Shown one piece after another: positions 38,841-48,883 of a stretch of 64,000 bases of DNA; the first letter of the stretch is position 1; every line of letters starts with the position of its first letter. The stretch is from an uncultured virus (IMG/VR IMGVR_UViG_3300029954_000006) (Duplodnaviria > Heunggongvirae > Uroviricota > Caudoviricetes). The position numbers and the translations under genes are program-made. The notes under the pieces were generated by a model, which worked only from the letters and a program-made list of their open reading frames with translations, was not told the DNA's origin and searched no databases. The stretch lies in the IMG/VR virus record IMGVR_UViG_3300029954_000006; one strand, given 5' to 3'.

Positions 38841-39770
38841 TTATCCGACCCTCAAGCTGGAAATTTGGCACACGCCCCAGGGCGGCCCCGGGAGCAGGCA
38901 GTTCACCGGCCCGCTGAGAACCATCGAAAAGCTCTTGTCAGCGTTGGCGGCGGTGTCGGCCAGGATGACGACCACGATGTCCTGCGAGACCGCGCCGGGC
39001 GCGAAGGTTAGCGTTCCCGATGTGCCGACGAAATCGGTGGGCGAGGTCGCGGTGCCGTTCGCGGTCGCATAGGCCACCGTGCATGTTTCGGCCGATGGCG
39101 CGCTCAGTGTGACCGTGAAGGTGGCGATCTGACTGGTTGTAAGTTTTCCCGACGCGGCGAGGGCGCCCTGCACCGGGGCACCGATGGCCGAGGGCGGCGT
39201 GAAGCCCAACACCTCCACGACGAGCTGCGAGACGCGGAGCTTGGACGGGATGAAGCCCAGCGCCTCGGTGACCACCTGGCTCGCGTGGATGTTCGCTGGT
39301 TTCGTGCCCAGCGCCTCGGTGACCACTTGGGACACCAGGGCGTCGGACGGCACGTCAAAGACCTGGGCCTGGCCCGCCGACCAGGATGACGCCGTGAAAC
39401 TTCCCCGCGTCGTCCAGGTCGAGTTATCGTCGGAATAATCGAGGGTGAAAGCCAGCGGGGCGTTTTGCGGATTGCCGGAGGTGGCCGAGAGGGTGACTTC
39501 AACGATTTCCACGGCGGAAGGAAATTCGTAATACCACCAAGCGGGGGTGCCGCCCGCGCTGCACCAGAACGTCGCGAGGTTGTTGTCCAGCGCGCTCGCC
39601 GGAGGATCGCCCGAGGCCGAGCCATTCGCGGAGGCGGTGCCGCCGGCGCAGAGATTGGCGCCTCCCGGCGCCGCCGCCATCGCGACTTCCGCGATCTGGA
39701 AGTACTGGTTCGATCCGGCATTCGTCTGGCAGTTTATCCGCCAGTAGAGATGCGGGGCCGGCGCGGGCAT
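38841..39770 (-). CDS. Discoidin (F5/8 type C)-like plus Calx-beta domain protein
   Basis: ALDNNLATFW...WWYYEF...APLAFTLDYSDD..TW; FTVTLSAPS...VAYATANGTA...SGTLTFAPG. Confidence 0.78.
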   Translation of the reverse strand: MPAPAPHLYWRINCQTNAGSNQYFQIAEVAMAAAPGGANLCAGGTASANGSASGDPPASALDNNLATFWCSAGGTPAWWYYEFPSAVEIVEVTLSATSGNPQNAPLAFTLDYSDDNSTWTTRGSFTASSWSAGQAQVFDVPSDALVSQVVTEALGTKPANIHASQVVTEALGFIPSKLRVSQLVVEVLGFTPPSAIGAPVQGALAASGKLTTSQIATFTVTLSAPSAETCTVAYATANGTATSPTDFVGTSGTLTFAPGAVSQDIVVVILADTAANADKSFSMVLSGPVNCLLPGPPWGVCQISSLRVG

Positions 39771-40840
39771 TACGCGACCCTGCCATAACCCATGAGGCTC
39801 GCGTTGTGCGCGGCGGCGGTCCACGGCGCGCCGGTCGCCGGATCGGTTTCCGAGATGTCGGAATAATAGGCATAGGTCGAAATCATTGCATTCGTGGCGC
39901 CGGTGTCATCCGTTCCATTGCTGGAGATGATGTTGGCGAGCGTGGCCGCGCCACTGGCATCCTTGCGCGAGGCGTTGGTGATCTGCACGGCGGAAATCAC
40001 GTAATTCGGCACGACCTGGGTGTGCGTGAAAAGATCGCTCTGCCCGGCCGTCGCGGAGACGTTATAGGTCGCGTCCGAATCCATGGCGGTTTCATCAATC
40101 ATCGGGGTGTTGGTCGTGCCGGACAGCGGCGTGAATTCCACGGAGGAATCCGCCGTCGCCCAGCCGGTCAGCACCTGCCGCTCGATCGGCCAGGAATTGT
40201 TGTAGGAGCCGGCCGTGTCCTGGGCGCAAAAGTCGTCGACTTGTCCGCCCTGGCTGTACGTGGTGCCGCTCAAACCGATCGCGACCACCGTTGAATAGCC
40301 GGAGGCGGTATCGCCCAGCGTGTTCGCCCCGGTGACGGCCAGGAAATCCGCGGTCTCGCCATTGACGCGAACATGCACCTCGCCGGCCGTCGCGCCGATA
40401 ATGAATTCCACCGCGACGAAAATGAAGACATTGCCGGCGAACAGCGGCGTGTCGATGCTGGCGAGCAGGGTGTCCTGCGGCGGGTTGACGCAGCCTCCCC
40501 AATTCGCGGTCTGCCGATAAATCAGAACCTGGGTATTGGTAATTAACACGTAGCAATGGACACGGCCCTCGCCGTTGACGGCGCAGATGCACGTCGCGTA
40601 GCTGTACGCGTCGGGCGGCTTCACGCCGGTCGCGAGGCCCACCCAGACCGACGATCCGGACGCCACGGCGACGCCCAAGGGAAAGATCAGCATGGCCTCC
40701 GAGGGCAGCGTGATCGCGCGTCCGCCATAGCGTCCCGCGACAAAATTGATGGTGCTGTTGCTCGTGATGGCCACGCCGCCGGTGACGAGATCAGCCAGGG
40801 AATTTTCGTGATCGAAGCCGCGGATGATTCGTGCCGTCAT
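39770..40840 (-). CDS. Beta-rich virion protein (fibre cassette)
   Basis: MTARIIRGFD...GRYGGRA...DPATGAPWT; TAATG coupling. Confidence 0.7.
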   Translation of the reverse strand: MTARIIRGFDHENSLADLVTGGVAITSNSTINFVAGRYGGRAITLPSEAMLIFPLGVAVASGSSVWVGLATGVKPPDAYSYATCICAVNGEGRVHCYVLITNTQVLIYRQTANWGGCVNPPQDTLLASIDTPLFAGNVFIFVAVEFIIGATAGEVHVRVNGETADFLAVTGANTLGDTASGYSTVVAIGLSGTTYSQGGQVDDFCAQDTAGSYNNSWPIERQVLTGWATADSSVEFTPLSGTTNTPMIDETAMDSDATYNVSATAGQSDLFTHTQVVPNYVISAVQITNASRKDASGAATLANIISSNGTDDTGATNAMISTYAYYSDISETDPATGAPWTAAAHNASLMGYGRVA

Positions 40841-40851
40841 GGAAATGCTCC

Positions 40852-41568
40852 TTATTGCGGCGCGGAAATAACGCCGGCCGAGAGAGTGAGGACGGGCACC
40901 GGCGGCGGCGGCGGCGCGCGCGTGCCGATCACGCCGCCGCTGATGGCGAGTTGCGGGTTCGGCGCGATCAGCGTGGCGCCGGTCTCGAACATGATGATCG
41001 TGTGCGCCGGGCGGATGCGCGTGAGTTCGCAGACCAGCACGGAGGATGTCCACGTGGCCCACGGCTTGCCGAACGCCGGAATGCCGAATTTCAGGGGGGA
41101 GATGACCCACCCCACGGCGTCCACCTGCCAGGCGAAGCTCCAGGCGTTGCCGCCGAACGTGCCGCCGAACGGGCGGCCGAAGCGCGCGCGCGCGAATTCC
41201 GTGATGGTGATGGTGTAGCCGAGCGCCGCCGCGTAGGCGGTCAGGCCCGCGATGGACGGGCCGTAGAACTGCGTCAGCTTGGCGACGACGTGCGCCTGCC
41301 GCGCCGCGATCGTGGTGTCCGGCGGCGCGCATGGGTCCGGCAGGCCGACGCTGGCCTCCCAGTCCGGGAGCAGTTGCACCGCCGTGGCCGGGAACGCGTC
41401 CGTGATGAGCCCGACGACGGACTGCCAGGAGCGCACCGCGCACGGCACGATCGCGGCGATGGCCTGCCCGTTCGCCGTGTCCGGGTCGCGCGGCCAGACT
41501 TTTCCGACCGGCTGCAAGCCCGCCATCGCGGCCGTCATATCTTCGACCGTGTAATCGGGCAGCGGCAT
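40852..41568 (-). CDS. Mu gp48-like baseplate protein (YmfQ/DUF2313)
   Basis: LQPVGKVWPRD...LLPDWEASVGLPD...RPAHT. Confidence 0.88.
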   Translation of the reverse strand: MPLPDYTVEDMTAAMAGLQPVGKVWPRDPDTANGQAIAAIVPCAVRSWQSVVGLITDAFPATAVQLLPDWEASVGLPDPCAPPDTTIAARQAHVVAKLTQFYGPSIAGLTAYAAALGYTITITEFARARFGRPFGGTFGGNAWSFAWQVDAVGWVISPLKFGIPAFGKPWATWTSSVLVCELTRIRPAHTIIMFETGATLIAPNPQLAISGGVIGTRAPPPPPVPVLTLSAGVISAPQ

Positions 41569-41577
41569 TTCCGCGGC

Positions 41578-42741
41578 CTAATTCGGGCTGTAGGTGATCG
41601 CGCCGACGACCGGCAGATTGCCGGCGGGGGCAACGACGGCCGCCGCCGGAAACGTCACGTTGAAATGCGCGATGCCTGGCACCGCCGCGATGGCTTCGTT
41701 CCACTGGCTCGGCCAGAGCGTGCCGCCGGCGATCGAGCCGTCCACCCAGGTCCCGCCCGGCTGTGCCAACCGCAGGTGCATGGCGACCAGCGCCGCCTGG
41801 ATGCCGGCCTGGATCGCCGGGGTGTTCGGCAGCAACTCGCCGATCACATAGTTGATCGGGAGCGCCGTCGGCGCGCAGCTATAGACCAGGGCGGTGACCG
41901 GACGAAGCGTGAACAGCGCGTCCGCCACGGCGAGTTGGTCGCCGGTGGCGGGCGTGTCCCGCGTCTCGCCGGATGCCACGCCGTTCGTGCCGACTGGAAA
42001 GCCGCCCGTGGTGGCCTCGGCGTTGTCGAACATGGTGAACACCACGACGGTGCCGGCCCCGGCCCCGTTCGGGGCGCACCAGCAGCGGGTGACGCCATCG
42101 ACCGCCCCGGCCCATTCCACATAGTCTTGCTGGTCCCCGCCGGCCGGGGGGTTCGCGTACGCGATCAGCATGCGCGCGCGAAGATCGTCGTCGATTTCCT
42201 GGGCGGCGCCGCCGGTGACCGGCGTGCTGGCGCTGCCCAGCGCCGTGATGTTGCTGATCCCGGTGCCGAGGGTCAGCGGCGTGCCGACGGCACAGTTGCC
42301 GGTCGGCCCGGCGACGGTGGCGGCGATCGCCGTGGTGACCGTGGTTCCGCCGGCGGGCACGCTGGCGTCGTAGAGCGTGACATAGGCGACGCCGTCGCCC
42401 CTGTTCACTGGCGTGCCCGCTGGCAGATCCGTCCCGGCCACGCCGGAGAAGGTCGCGAAGGATAGTCCGTTGGCGCCGGCTGCCACGGCGTCTTTCCGGA
42501 AAACGTCCTTCAGCGCGGCCCACGCTTCCAGAAACTCATCGGTCGCGTAGAAGGGGGTTGCCTGGCGCGCGGCGTAGGCGATGGCGTCGTAATGCCCGAA
42601 TGAGAATCCGGCCATCACCATGCCCATGAGCCCGAGCACGGAGAGCGGCAAGAACCCGTCCGCGCCGGCAAGATCGGAGGCGGAAATGTCGCTGGCGGCC
42701 TGGTTCAAAAGGGTTTGGAGCGTTGGCGTGCTGTATGGCAT
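41578..42741 (-). CDS. Baseplate J / Mu gp47-like wedge protein
   Basis: E.DDDLRARML...PPAGG...DY..WA...GVTRCW. Confidence 0.92.
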   Translation of the reverse strand: MPYSTPTLQTLLNQAASDISASDLAGADGFLPLSVLGLMGMVMAGFSFGHYDAIAYAARQATPFYATDEFLEAWAALKDVFRKDAVAAGANGLSFATFSGVAGTDLPAGTPVNRGDGVAYVTLYDASVPAGGTTVTTAIAATVAGPTGNCAVGTPLTLGTGISNITALGSASTPVTGGAAQEIDDDLRARMLIAYANPPAGGDQQDYVEWAGAVDGVTRCWCAPNGAGAGTVVVFTMFDNAEATTGGFPVGTNGVASGETRDTPATGDQLAVADALFTLRPVTALVYSCAPTALPINYVIGELLPNTPAIQAGIQAALVAMHLRLAQPGGTWVDGSIAGGTLWPSQWNEAIAAVPGIAHFNVTFPAAAVVAPAGNLPVVGAITYSPN

Positions 42742-42769
42742 TTTTCCTCACACACCGAAGGCGAAACCA

Positions 42770-43051
42770 ATGGCGCAAACTTCATTGATCGGCGAAGTGG
42801 TGGAGTGGACGTGCATGCGGATGGACGGTTTGATCATCCGGGAGGTCAGGCGGCGTGGCTTCGTCATCGCCGAGAACACCCAAAGCGGCGCCGTCGGGGT
42901 CATCCTGGGAACGAAACTAGACCCGCTCTGCCCGGCGGATGAACAAGGTATGTCCAGGTGGCTGGAGCGGAGCCAGTGGCGCCTCGCCTATCCCGTCACC
43001 CAATCTGCCCCCACGCCCAGCCGAACAGAAACGTCTCCGGATTCCCCGTAG
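42770..43051 (+). CDS. Small opposite-strand ORF between gp46 and gp47
   Basis: Fills the 254-bp gap; GAAGG RBS. Confidence 0.45.
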   Translation: MAQTSLIGEVVEWTCMRMDGLIIREVRRRGFVIAENTQSGAVGVILGTKLDPLCPADEQGMSRWLERSQWRLAYPVTQSAPTPSRTETSPDSP

Positions 43052-43448
43052 GTTTATGGGCGGTGATGTGCAGGCCGACGTTCGTGCGGTTGATCCAAAT
43101 CGCGGTGATATCGAAATAAGCCACCACGCCGGCGTCGATCAGCGGTTGCAGGGCGTCCGCGGCGTATTTCTCAATCAGCACCAGCGTGCCCTTCGTCTTC
43201 GCCGCGCGCGCGAGCGTCCACAGCAGGGACCCAAGTTGGGTGCCGCTGTAGGTATCGCCCCACCAGCCCCGGCGGTCGGTGTTCGTGGTCGGCGCCGGCG
43301 TCACGTAATCCGGCGGCGCCACCCGGTCGGTGAACAGGCCGACGAGGATGGAGGTCTGCAAATCGCTGCCGGTGAGAAGATCGGGACCGTTCATCAGCCA
43401 CACGCCGCGGCCGTCCGTCTGCACCCAGGTGATCGCGATGTCCGGCAT
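42996..43448 (-). CDS. Mu gp46-like baseplate protein
   Basis: LFTDR...DRRGWWGD...LGSLLWTL.RAA...ALQPLID.GV. Confidence 0.9.
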   Translation of the reverse strand: MPDIAITWVQTDGRGVWLMNGPDLLTGSDLQTSILVGLFTDRVAPPDYVTPAPTTNTDRRGWWGDTYSGTQLGSLLWTLARAAKTKGTLVLIEKYAADALQPLIDAGVVAYFDITAIWINRTNVGLHITAHKPTGNPETFLFGWAWGQIG

Positions 43449-43449
43449 T

Positions 43450-43935
43450 TCAGGGGCCGCCGGCGCGCGTCGCCCCGGTGAGATCGGCCGCGCCCATCTG
43501 CTGGTTCGGCACGCCTGTCGTGCCGCCCGGACAGGGATGCGTGTGCGCGTTGAACACCTGTAGCGCCACCTCCGTCATGAGCTGGCGCAGCGTCTCGCCG
43601 GGCGCCATCATGACGATGTTTCCATCGTTCAGCATGCCGATGTAGCGCCCGCCCGCGTCATACATCTTCGCCCCGCCGGTCGGCGTGTTCGTCTGGCGGG
43701 AGGCCGGATGATTGGTGCCAACTCCAAGCACCTTCGTGCGGTCGCCGGACATCGAAATGAAAAACACATCGGAGCCCGGCGGCGGATTGGATGCGAACCC
43801 AAAATGCTGCACGATCGGACTCTGGTCGCGTGATTCGACGGCGGACATTTGCACCTGCGCCGTCTGCACGCCCTGGCTGTCATCGACCAGGTTGACCTTT
43901 CCGAGCCCGAACATGCGGTGAATGGCGGCGATCAT
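43450..43935 (-). CDS. Mu gp45-like baseplate spike
   Basis: QHFGFASNPP; C-terminal HTH iron-binding motif (FNAHTH). Confidence 0.88.
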   Translation of the reverse strand: MIAAIHRMFGLGKVNLVDDSQGVQTAQVQMSAVESRDQSPIVQHFGFASNPPPGSDVFFISMSGDRTKVLGVGTNHPASRQTNTPTGGAKMYDAGGRYIGMLNDGNIVMMAPGETLRQLMTEVALQVFNAHTHPCPGGTTGVPNQQMGAADLTGATRAGGP

Positions 43936-45542
43936 GACGCTCCCCTCAATGGTGTATTCGGAACGTCCGGGTTGGACGGCTGGTTGTCGATGGCGACCGC
44001 CGGCCCCGGATCGGGGAGCGGCACCGATGGACCAGGTGCCGCGGCACCGCCGCCGGCCTGCAACGCCGCCGCGGTTTCCTGGTCGAGCGGCTGAATCACC
44101 GGCTCCACCATGAAGCCTTCCTTCGGCATGAGCACGATGTCGGCGTGCGTGCCGCTCTTGTCGCGCCGAAATGTCACCTGGGAAATGATCCAGTTCTTGC
44201 CCGTGAGTTTGAGGTGCGGCGCGTCCAGGCTCGCGAAGGCGTTGACGTGCCACAGCGTGCCGGCGCCGTCCCGCCAGGAATCCACCGTCAATGAGCAGAC
44301 ATTGGAGCGGCCGTAGCGGCGCGCGACTTCCCATTTGCCGCGCCGCTCCGCGAAATCCGGCGCCAGCGTCGCCTGTTCCGCGATGACGACGAGCTTGCGC
44401 ATGCGTGGCACGACGGGCGGGTAATTGTCCTGGACTTCCAGCAGCGGCGGCATCGCGGCGCCGCCTTCGACGACGTTCGTGCTGGTGATGTAGACGTCCA
44501 CCACCGAATACCGTTGGTCCATGCCTTCGAGCGCGGCGCCCTGCTCGATGTTGCGGCCCTCGGAAAACCCGCTGGCCATGCTGTCCACGCCGACGCTGGC
44601 CACGTTCAGCGTGCCGTCCACCTCGTCATAGACCAGCAGCGCGGACCAGCGCGCCACCTGCTCGATGATCGCGAAGACGGTGTCGCCCAGATTGACGTTG
44701 AACTGCTTGATGATCGTGGGCTCGACGTTGCCGAGAATCTGGGTCTGGATCTTGTACTGCGCGGCGAGGTTCGTAATGATCGAGAAGGCGTCGGCCTGGG
44801 CGATCTGCATGCCGGCCAGCTGATCCGGGTCCACGTCGCAATCCACCAGATCCTGGCATTTGGAGCGGCCGATGATGCGCACGACGTTGCCGCCCGGCCC
44901 GATGCTGGGCATACGCCGATCCACGTAGCCGGTCAGCACCAGGGTGCTCCCGATATAGACGGAGCACGGGTCGCCGGCGGTGATGTCGACGGTGTTCGGC
45001 TGCCCCGGATAGCGTTCGGTGAGCGAAATGTCGAACGTGCTGGGCATGACCTCGATGCCGCGCATGATGGACACGGATGACCAGCCGGTGATGGTCAGCC
45101 CCTTGACGAGCAGCTGCACGTCATCCGATTGCGATGTCGGCAGCAGCCCCGAGCCGCCGGCCTGCGGGTCCACGGCGCGCGCGATCGGCACCGCCGGCTC
45201 CGTCGCGGCGGGAGAGGCGGCGATGGGGGTGGGGGTGGGCACCGTCGGCGCCGGCGGCCCGAACGGCACGGGCAGCCCCGCCGATCCCGTCGCCAGGTTT
45301 ATTTCCGGGTTACCCGTCGCGGCGCCCGTCGCGGGGCCGGTGGTGGGGATCGCCAGACCGGCCCCCGCGGCACCGCCCGCGCCGCCGGTGTTGACCGCCG
45401 CGCCGAGTTCCGCGCCCGTGGGGCCGTCCGGTTCACTCCCGGCCAACGTCGCGAGGCTGGGGCCAACGGTGGGCGGACTGCCGGTAAACGCGGCGGGGAT
45501 CGGCCCGGTGCCGGAGCCGCCCGGGACGGTCGGATCGCTCAA
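43932..45542 (-). CDS. Mu gp44/gpP-like baseplate hub with a long Pro/Gly/Ala N-terminal extension
   Basis: GWSSVSIMRGIE...GRSKCQDLVDC...DSWRD..GTLW..N; TTG start overlaps the upstream stop. Confidence 0.85.
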   Translation of the reverse strand: MSDPTVPGGSGTGPIPAAFTGSPPTVGPSLATLAGSEPDGPTGAELGAAVNTGGAGGAAGAGLAIPTTGPATGAATGNPEINLATGSAGLPVPFGPPAPTVPTPTPIAASPAATEPAVPIARAVDPQAGGSGLLPTSQSDDVQLLVKGLTITGWSSVSIMRGIEVMPSTFDISLTERYPGQPNTVDITAGDPCSVYIGSTLVLTGYVDRRMPSIGPGGNVVRIIGRSKCQDLVDCDVDPDQLAGMQIAQADAFSIITNLAAQYKIQTQILGNVEPTIIKQFNVNLGDTVFAIIEQVARWSALLVYDEVDGTLNVASVGVDSMASGFSEGRNIEQGAALEGMDQRYSVVDVYITSTNVVEGGAAMPPLLEVQDNYPPVVPRMRKLVVIAEQATLAPDFAERRGKWEVARRYGRSNVCSLTVDSWRDGAGTLWHVNAFASLDAPHLKLTGKNWIISQVTFRRDKSGTHADIVLMPKEGFMVEPVIQPLDQETAAALQAGGGAAAPGPSVPLPDPGPAVAIDNQPSNPDVPNTPLRGAS

Positions 45543-46996
45543 GAGGCCAGCGCCTCGAATTGCACCGGAAACATATTCGGGTTGATGGGATCGACGCGAT
45601 TGACCAGCTCGCTGTACCGGCTCGCGTCCTGATACAGCGAATAGGCGATGGCCAGCCCCGGCCGCGAGGATGGTTCCGTCACGAGAATCACGGCGGCCAA
45701 ATTCTGCGCGGCGGTGTTGAGCGTGTAGATCACCGCCGTGCGCAGCAGCCGCAGCGCCTGCGCCGTGGAGCTGTCGACCAGCAGCATTTCCCCGTCGATC
45801 AGCGCGCACAGCGCGTAGCGCAGCGAAACGGCGTCCTGGTAGCTGGTCGGCTGATAGGTGGCGACGGCCGCCGCGATTGATGAAATCGCCGCGCGTCGGC
45901 AGAGTCCCACCACGCCCTGCGTCACCGTCTGCACCGCGACGCCGATCGAATCCGCGCCCGTCGCCGGCACGTACGAGAAGCCGGCGAGCGGGACCAGCAG
46001 CTGAATGGCGGTGTAGGGGTCCTGGCAGCCGACGCGCACCGCCTCCGTCATCGCCTGGATCGCCGCCCCGAGGGTCGCGGCGTTGGCGGCCTGGGCGGCG
46101 ACGTTCGGTCCCCCGAGGCCGCCGGCGGCGGTGATCGCGGTGTCGCAGGCGATGGTGACGGTGGTGCGCGCCGTGGTGACCCCGGCAATGGCGTCCTCGA
46201 TCGACACGCCGGCGGCCTGCAAGGTCGCGCGCGTGCCGCCGACATAGCGCCCCACCAGGCCTGCGACGCCGGTGACGGAATTGATGATCAGGCTGACGGA
46301 GCGCATCGCGGAAAGCACCGGGACGACAAACACGGACACCGCCGCGATCGCGGCATGCACCGCGCTGATGCCGGAATTGATGGCGCTGGCCACGGTGGAG
46401 AGGCCGGTGTTGAGGGGGTCGGTGACATAGGGACCGGACAGGCTGGTCGACGCGGAGAAAGAGGTGACGGCGGCGGCGTTGAAGGCGGCGCTGGCGCTGG
46501 CGATGGCGGTGGCGGCCGTGGTCGTGCCGGTCGGGTAGACCGGCCCCGGCACGGTTTCAAGAAACTCGAATGAAATCTCGATGCAGCCGCCGAATTCGCT
46601 GCTTTCCGTCATCTCCGCGCCGCCGATCAGCGCGACGCTTTTCGAGGTCAGGGACGGGTGGATCAGAATCCCGGTGCCGGATGTCTCGCAGGCCGCCATC
46701 ATGCTGGCGCGCTGGGTGAAAATCGGCAGCCGCGAAATCTTCGGGTCGCCGTCCACAAGGAATCCAGTGATGCGGTAGGGCCTCGGGTTGCGGCCAAGGT
46801 CCTCGACCCACACCACATCGCGGTACGGATAGGTATGCACCGCCGTCTGCCGGCCCGGCCGGATGGCGGCCTTGCGCGTTGCGAACGGCACGCCACGCCA
46901 GGACGCCAGGACGAGATGCTGGGTCCAATCGCCGCCGGCGAGGCCGCCGCTCGTCGCGGTGCCGCCGGAGCCCGCGGAGGGCATCGAGCCGGACAT
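45539..46996 (-). CDS. Mu gp43-like DNA circularization protein
   Basis: ASWRGVPF...HTYPYRD..WVEDLG...GILIHP; AYSLYQDASR..ELV. Confidence 0.9.
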   Translation of the reverse strand: MSGSMPSAGSGGTATSGGLAGGDWTQHLVLASWRGVPFATRKAAIRPGRQTAVHTYPYRDVVWVEDLGRNPRPYRITGFLVDGDPKISRLPIFTQRASMMAACETSGTGILIHPSLTSKSVALIGGAEMTESSEFGGCIEISFEFLETVPGPVYPTGTTTAATAIASASAAFNAAAVTSFSASTSLSGPYVTDPLNTGLSTVASAINSGISAVHAAIAAVSVFVVPVLSAMRSVSLIINSVTGVAGLVGRYVGGTRATLQAAGVSIEDAIAGVTTARTTVTIACDTAITAAGGLGGPNVAAQAANAATLGAAIQAMTEAVRVGCQDPYTAIQLLVPLAGFSYVPATGADSIGVAVQTVTQGVVGLCRRAAISSIAAAVATYQPTSYQDAVSLRYALCALIDGEMLLVDSSTAQALRLLRTAVIYTLNTAAQNLAAVILVTEPSSRPGLAIAYSLYQDASRYSELVNRVDPINPNMFPVQFEALAS

Positions 46997-48882
46997 CAGG
47001 TCACCGCCGCCGGCGTGCGGATGACGGAGGCCACCTGAAGGCCCGGATGGTCGGCGGTGACCGTCACGGTGGCGCCGGGCGGTGCGTTGGTGTGGTTTAC
47101 CTCAACCCGCAATCTGTCCATCAGGCTGCCCAGAGCGCCGCCGGAGGCGCTTGGCGGCGGCGCCTGTGCCGGCGGTCCGGCGGGCGCCGCAACGGCCCCT
47201 GGCGCGCCGTTGGCGGCGAGTTGCGTGGCCGGGTCCGCAACGCCGAGCCGCATGTTGACGCCGCGCCGCACCGCCGCCTGGTCCGGCGCGCCGCCCTCCT
47301 GGCGCGCCACCGCCTGAATGTATTTTTCCGCGAACGCGGCGTCGCGGAAATTCACGGCGTCTGTCCGCTTGATGCCGAGGTCCTTGGCGACCTTGTCGAT
47401 GTAGCCTTCCACGCCTGGGTTTTCGTCCGCCGGCGTGGCGCGGTGGATGATTTCCTCGATCGTGCGCAGATGGTGCCTGTCCTGGTCGATGAGCAGCTGG
47501 TTGAGGTCGGCGGCGACGCCGGTTTCCATGTTGCTGAATTTGGCCATGCCCGCCTGGTTCGTCGCCCCTTCCTGCCCCACGAAGGTCAGGTTGGTCGGGT
47601 TGTTGTTGCGCATGTTCCGGAGATTGCCGCCGCCTTGGCTGGCGTCCGCCCCGCTGTAGACGCCCGCTCCGCCCGCGGCGCCGCCGGCAGGCCCGGAATC
47701 GGACTCGTTGCGGTCATCCATCGCGCGGATGACGCGGCGCGGGCTGCCGCTCGCCCCTTCGCCGGGATCATACGTCAAATCCGCGTTCGTCGCGGGCGCG
47801 CGCGCCGCCGGCATGCCCGGGCTCGTCGCGGGCGCGGCGCTCAAGAGGGGCGCCTCCGTCGTTTCGTCGTAGCCGAACAGTTTGCGCACGAGCCAGTTGC
47901 GGCTGGCGCTCGTGGTGACGCCCAGGAGATTGTCCACCTCCGTCACGACCCAGATCGCGCCCTTGCCGATTGTGTCGAAGAACGTCTTGATTTCCCCGGG
48001 ATGGTTGGCAACGAACCGCGTGATGTCCTCGGTGACGTGTTCCAGCGCCGGGGCCAGCGCCTGCATCAAATCGAACCCCATGCCGCGAAACTGCTCGGTC
48101 AGCTTGTTCTGTTCGCGCTGCAAATCCGCCGCGACGATGGTTTCCGCCAGCGTCAACGGCGGACTTTTGGCGGCCTCCGCGTTGTAGGCGTCCAGCCCCT
48201 CCGTGCCGAATTTGAGCCAGGAAAACATTTCCCGGCCCATGCCGATCGTGTCGAGGAAATGCAGCGCCGCGTGCTCATGGCCGGACTTCGCGAAGCCTTC
48301 CACGACGTTGGCCACTTGCGGCAGCGTTTTGGTGACGTCCGCCACGCCGCGCGCGGTGCCGCCGAAATCAATATGCACCTGCTTGAACATATTGGCGGCG
48401 GCGTCATTGCGGCCGAACGCCGCGTCCGCGAGCGTGTCCTGCAAGCCCGAAAGGCTTTGCGTCACCTGATCCGTGGAAAGCCCGGCCAGCTCGCCGGATT
48501 TCTGGAGGTTGTAGAATTGCTGCACGGGGATGCCGAGGGACGCGGCGGTGCGGCCGGTGGTCGCGGCGAACGAGGTGAAACTTTCCGCCACCCCGGCAAT
48601 GCCGGCGATGATGCCGCCAGCGGCGACGGCGCCGATCGCGGGGATGAATTTTCCCACGGTGGAAATCGCCGAGGCGGCGGCGCCATGCACGTCATTGACG
48701 CCCTTGCGCACCACGCCGAGGTTCGCCCTGGTCAGGCCCATGCGGGTGAACAAGCCGCCCTTGTCCGGCGTGGCCTTGGTGAGCCCCTTCATTTGGCGCG
48801 CGATCTGGGAAAGCGCGTCGGTGGTGTTGTCGATCGCGGAGATGCGGATGCCGATCGCGGCGAGGGTGGCCGAGCTGGGCAT
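46996..48882 (-). CDS. Tape-measure-like protein 2 with a putative lysozyme-like domain
   Basis: N-terminal half paralogous to 48884-50713; RNNNPTNL...TIEEIIHRATPADEN...YI..V. Confidence 0.8.
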   Translation of the reverse strand: MPSSATLAAIGIRISAIDNTTDALSQIARQMKGLTKATPDKGGLFTRMGLTRANLGVVRKGVNDVHGAAASAISTVGKFIPAIGAVAAGGIIAGIAGVAESFTSFAATTGRTAASLGIPVQQFYNLQKSGELAGLSTDQVTQSLSGLQDTLADAAFGRNDAAANMFKQVHIDFGGTARGVADVTKTLPQVANVVEGFAKSGHEHAALHFLDTIGMGREMFSWLKFGTEGLDAYNAEAAKSPPLTLAETIVAADLQREQNKLTEQFRGMGFDLMQALAPALEHVTEDITRFVANHPGEIKTFFDTIGKGAIWVVTEVDNLLGVTTSASRNWLVRKLFGYDETTEAPLLSAAPATSPGMPAARAPATNADLTYDPGEGASGSPRRVIRAMDDRNESDSGPAGGAAGGAGVYSGADASQGGGNLRNMRNNNPTNLTFVGQEGATNQAGMAKFSNMETGVAADLNQLLIDQDRHHLRTIEEIIHRATPADENPGVEGYIDKVAKDLGIKRTDAVNFRDAAFAEKYIQAVARQEGGAPDQAAVRRGVNMRLGVADPATQLAANGAPGAVAAPAGPPAQAPPPSASGGALGSLMDRLRVEVNHTNAPPGATVTVTADHPGLQVASVIRTPAAVT

Positions 48883-48883
48883 G

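Noticed and set aside
33953..40840. Diversity-generating retroelement acting on fibre genes
   Set aside because: No reverse transcriptase ORF and no TR/VR pair noticed
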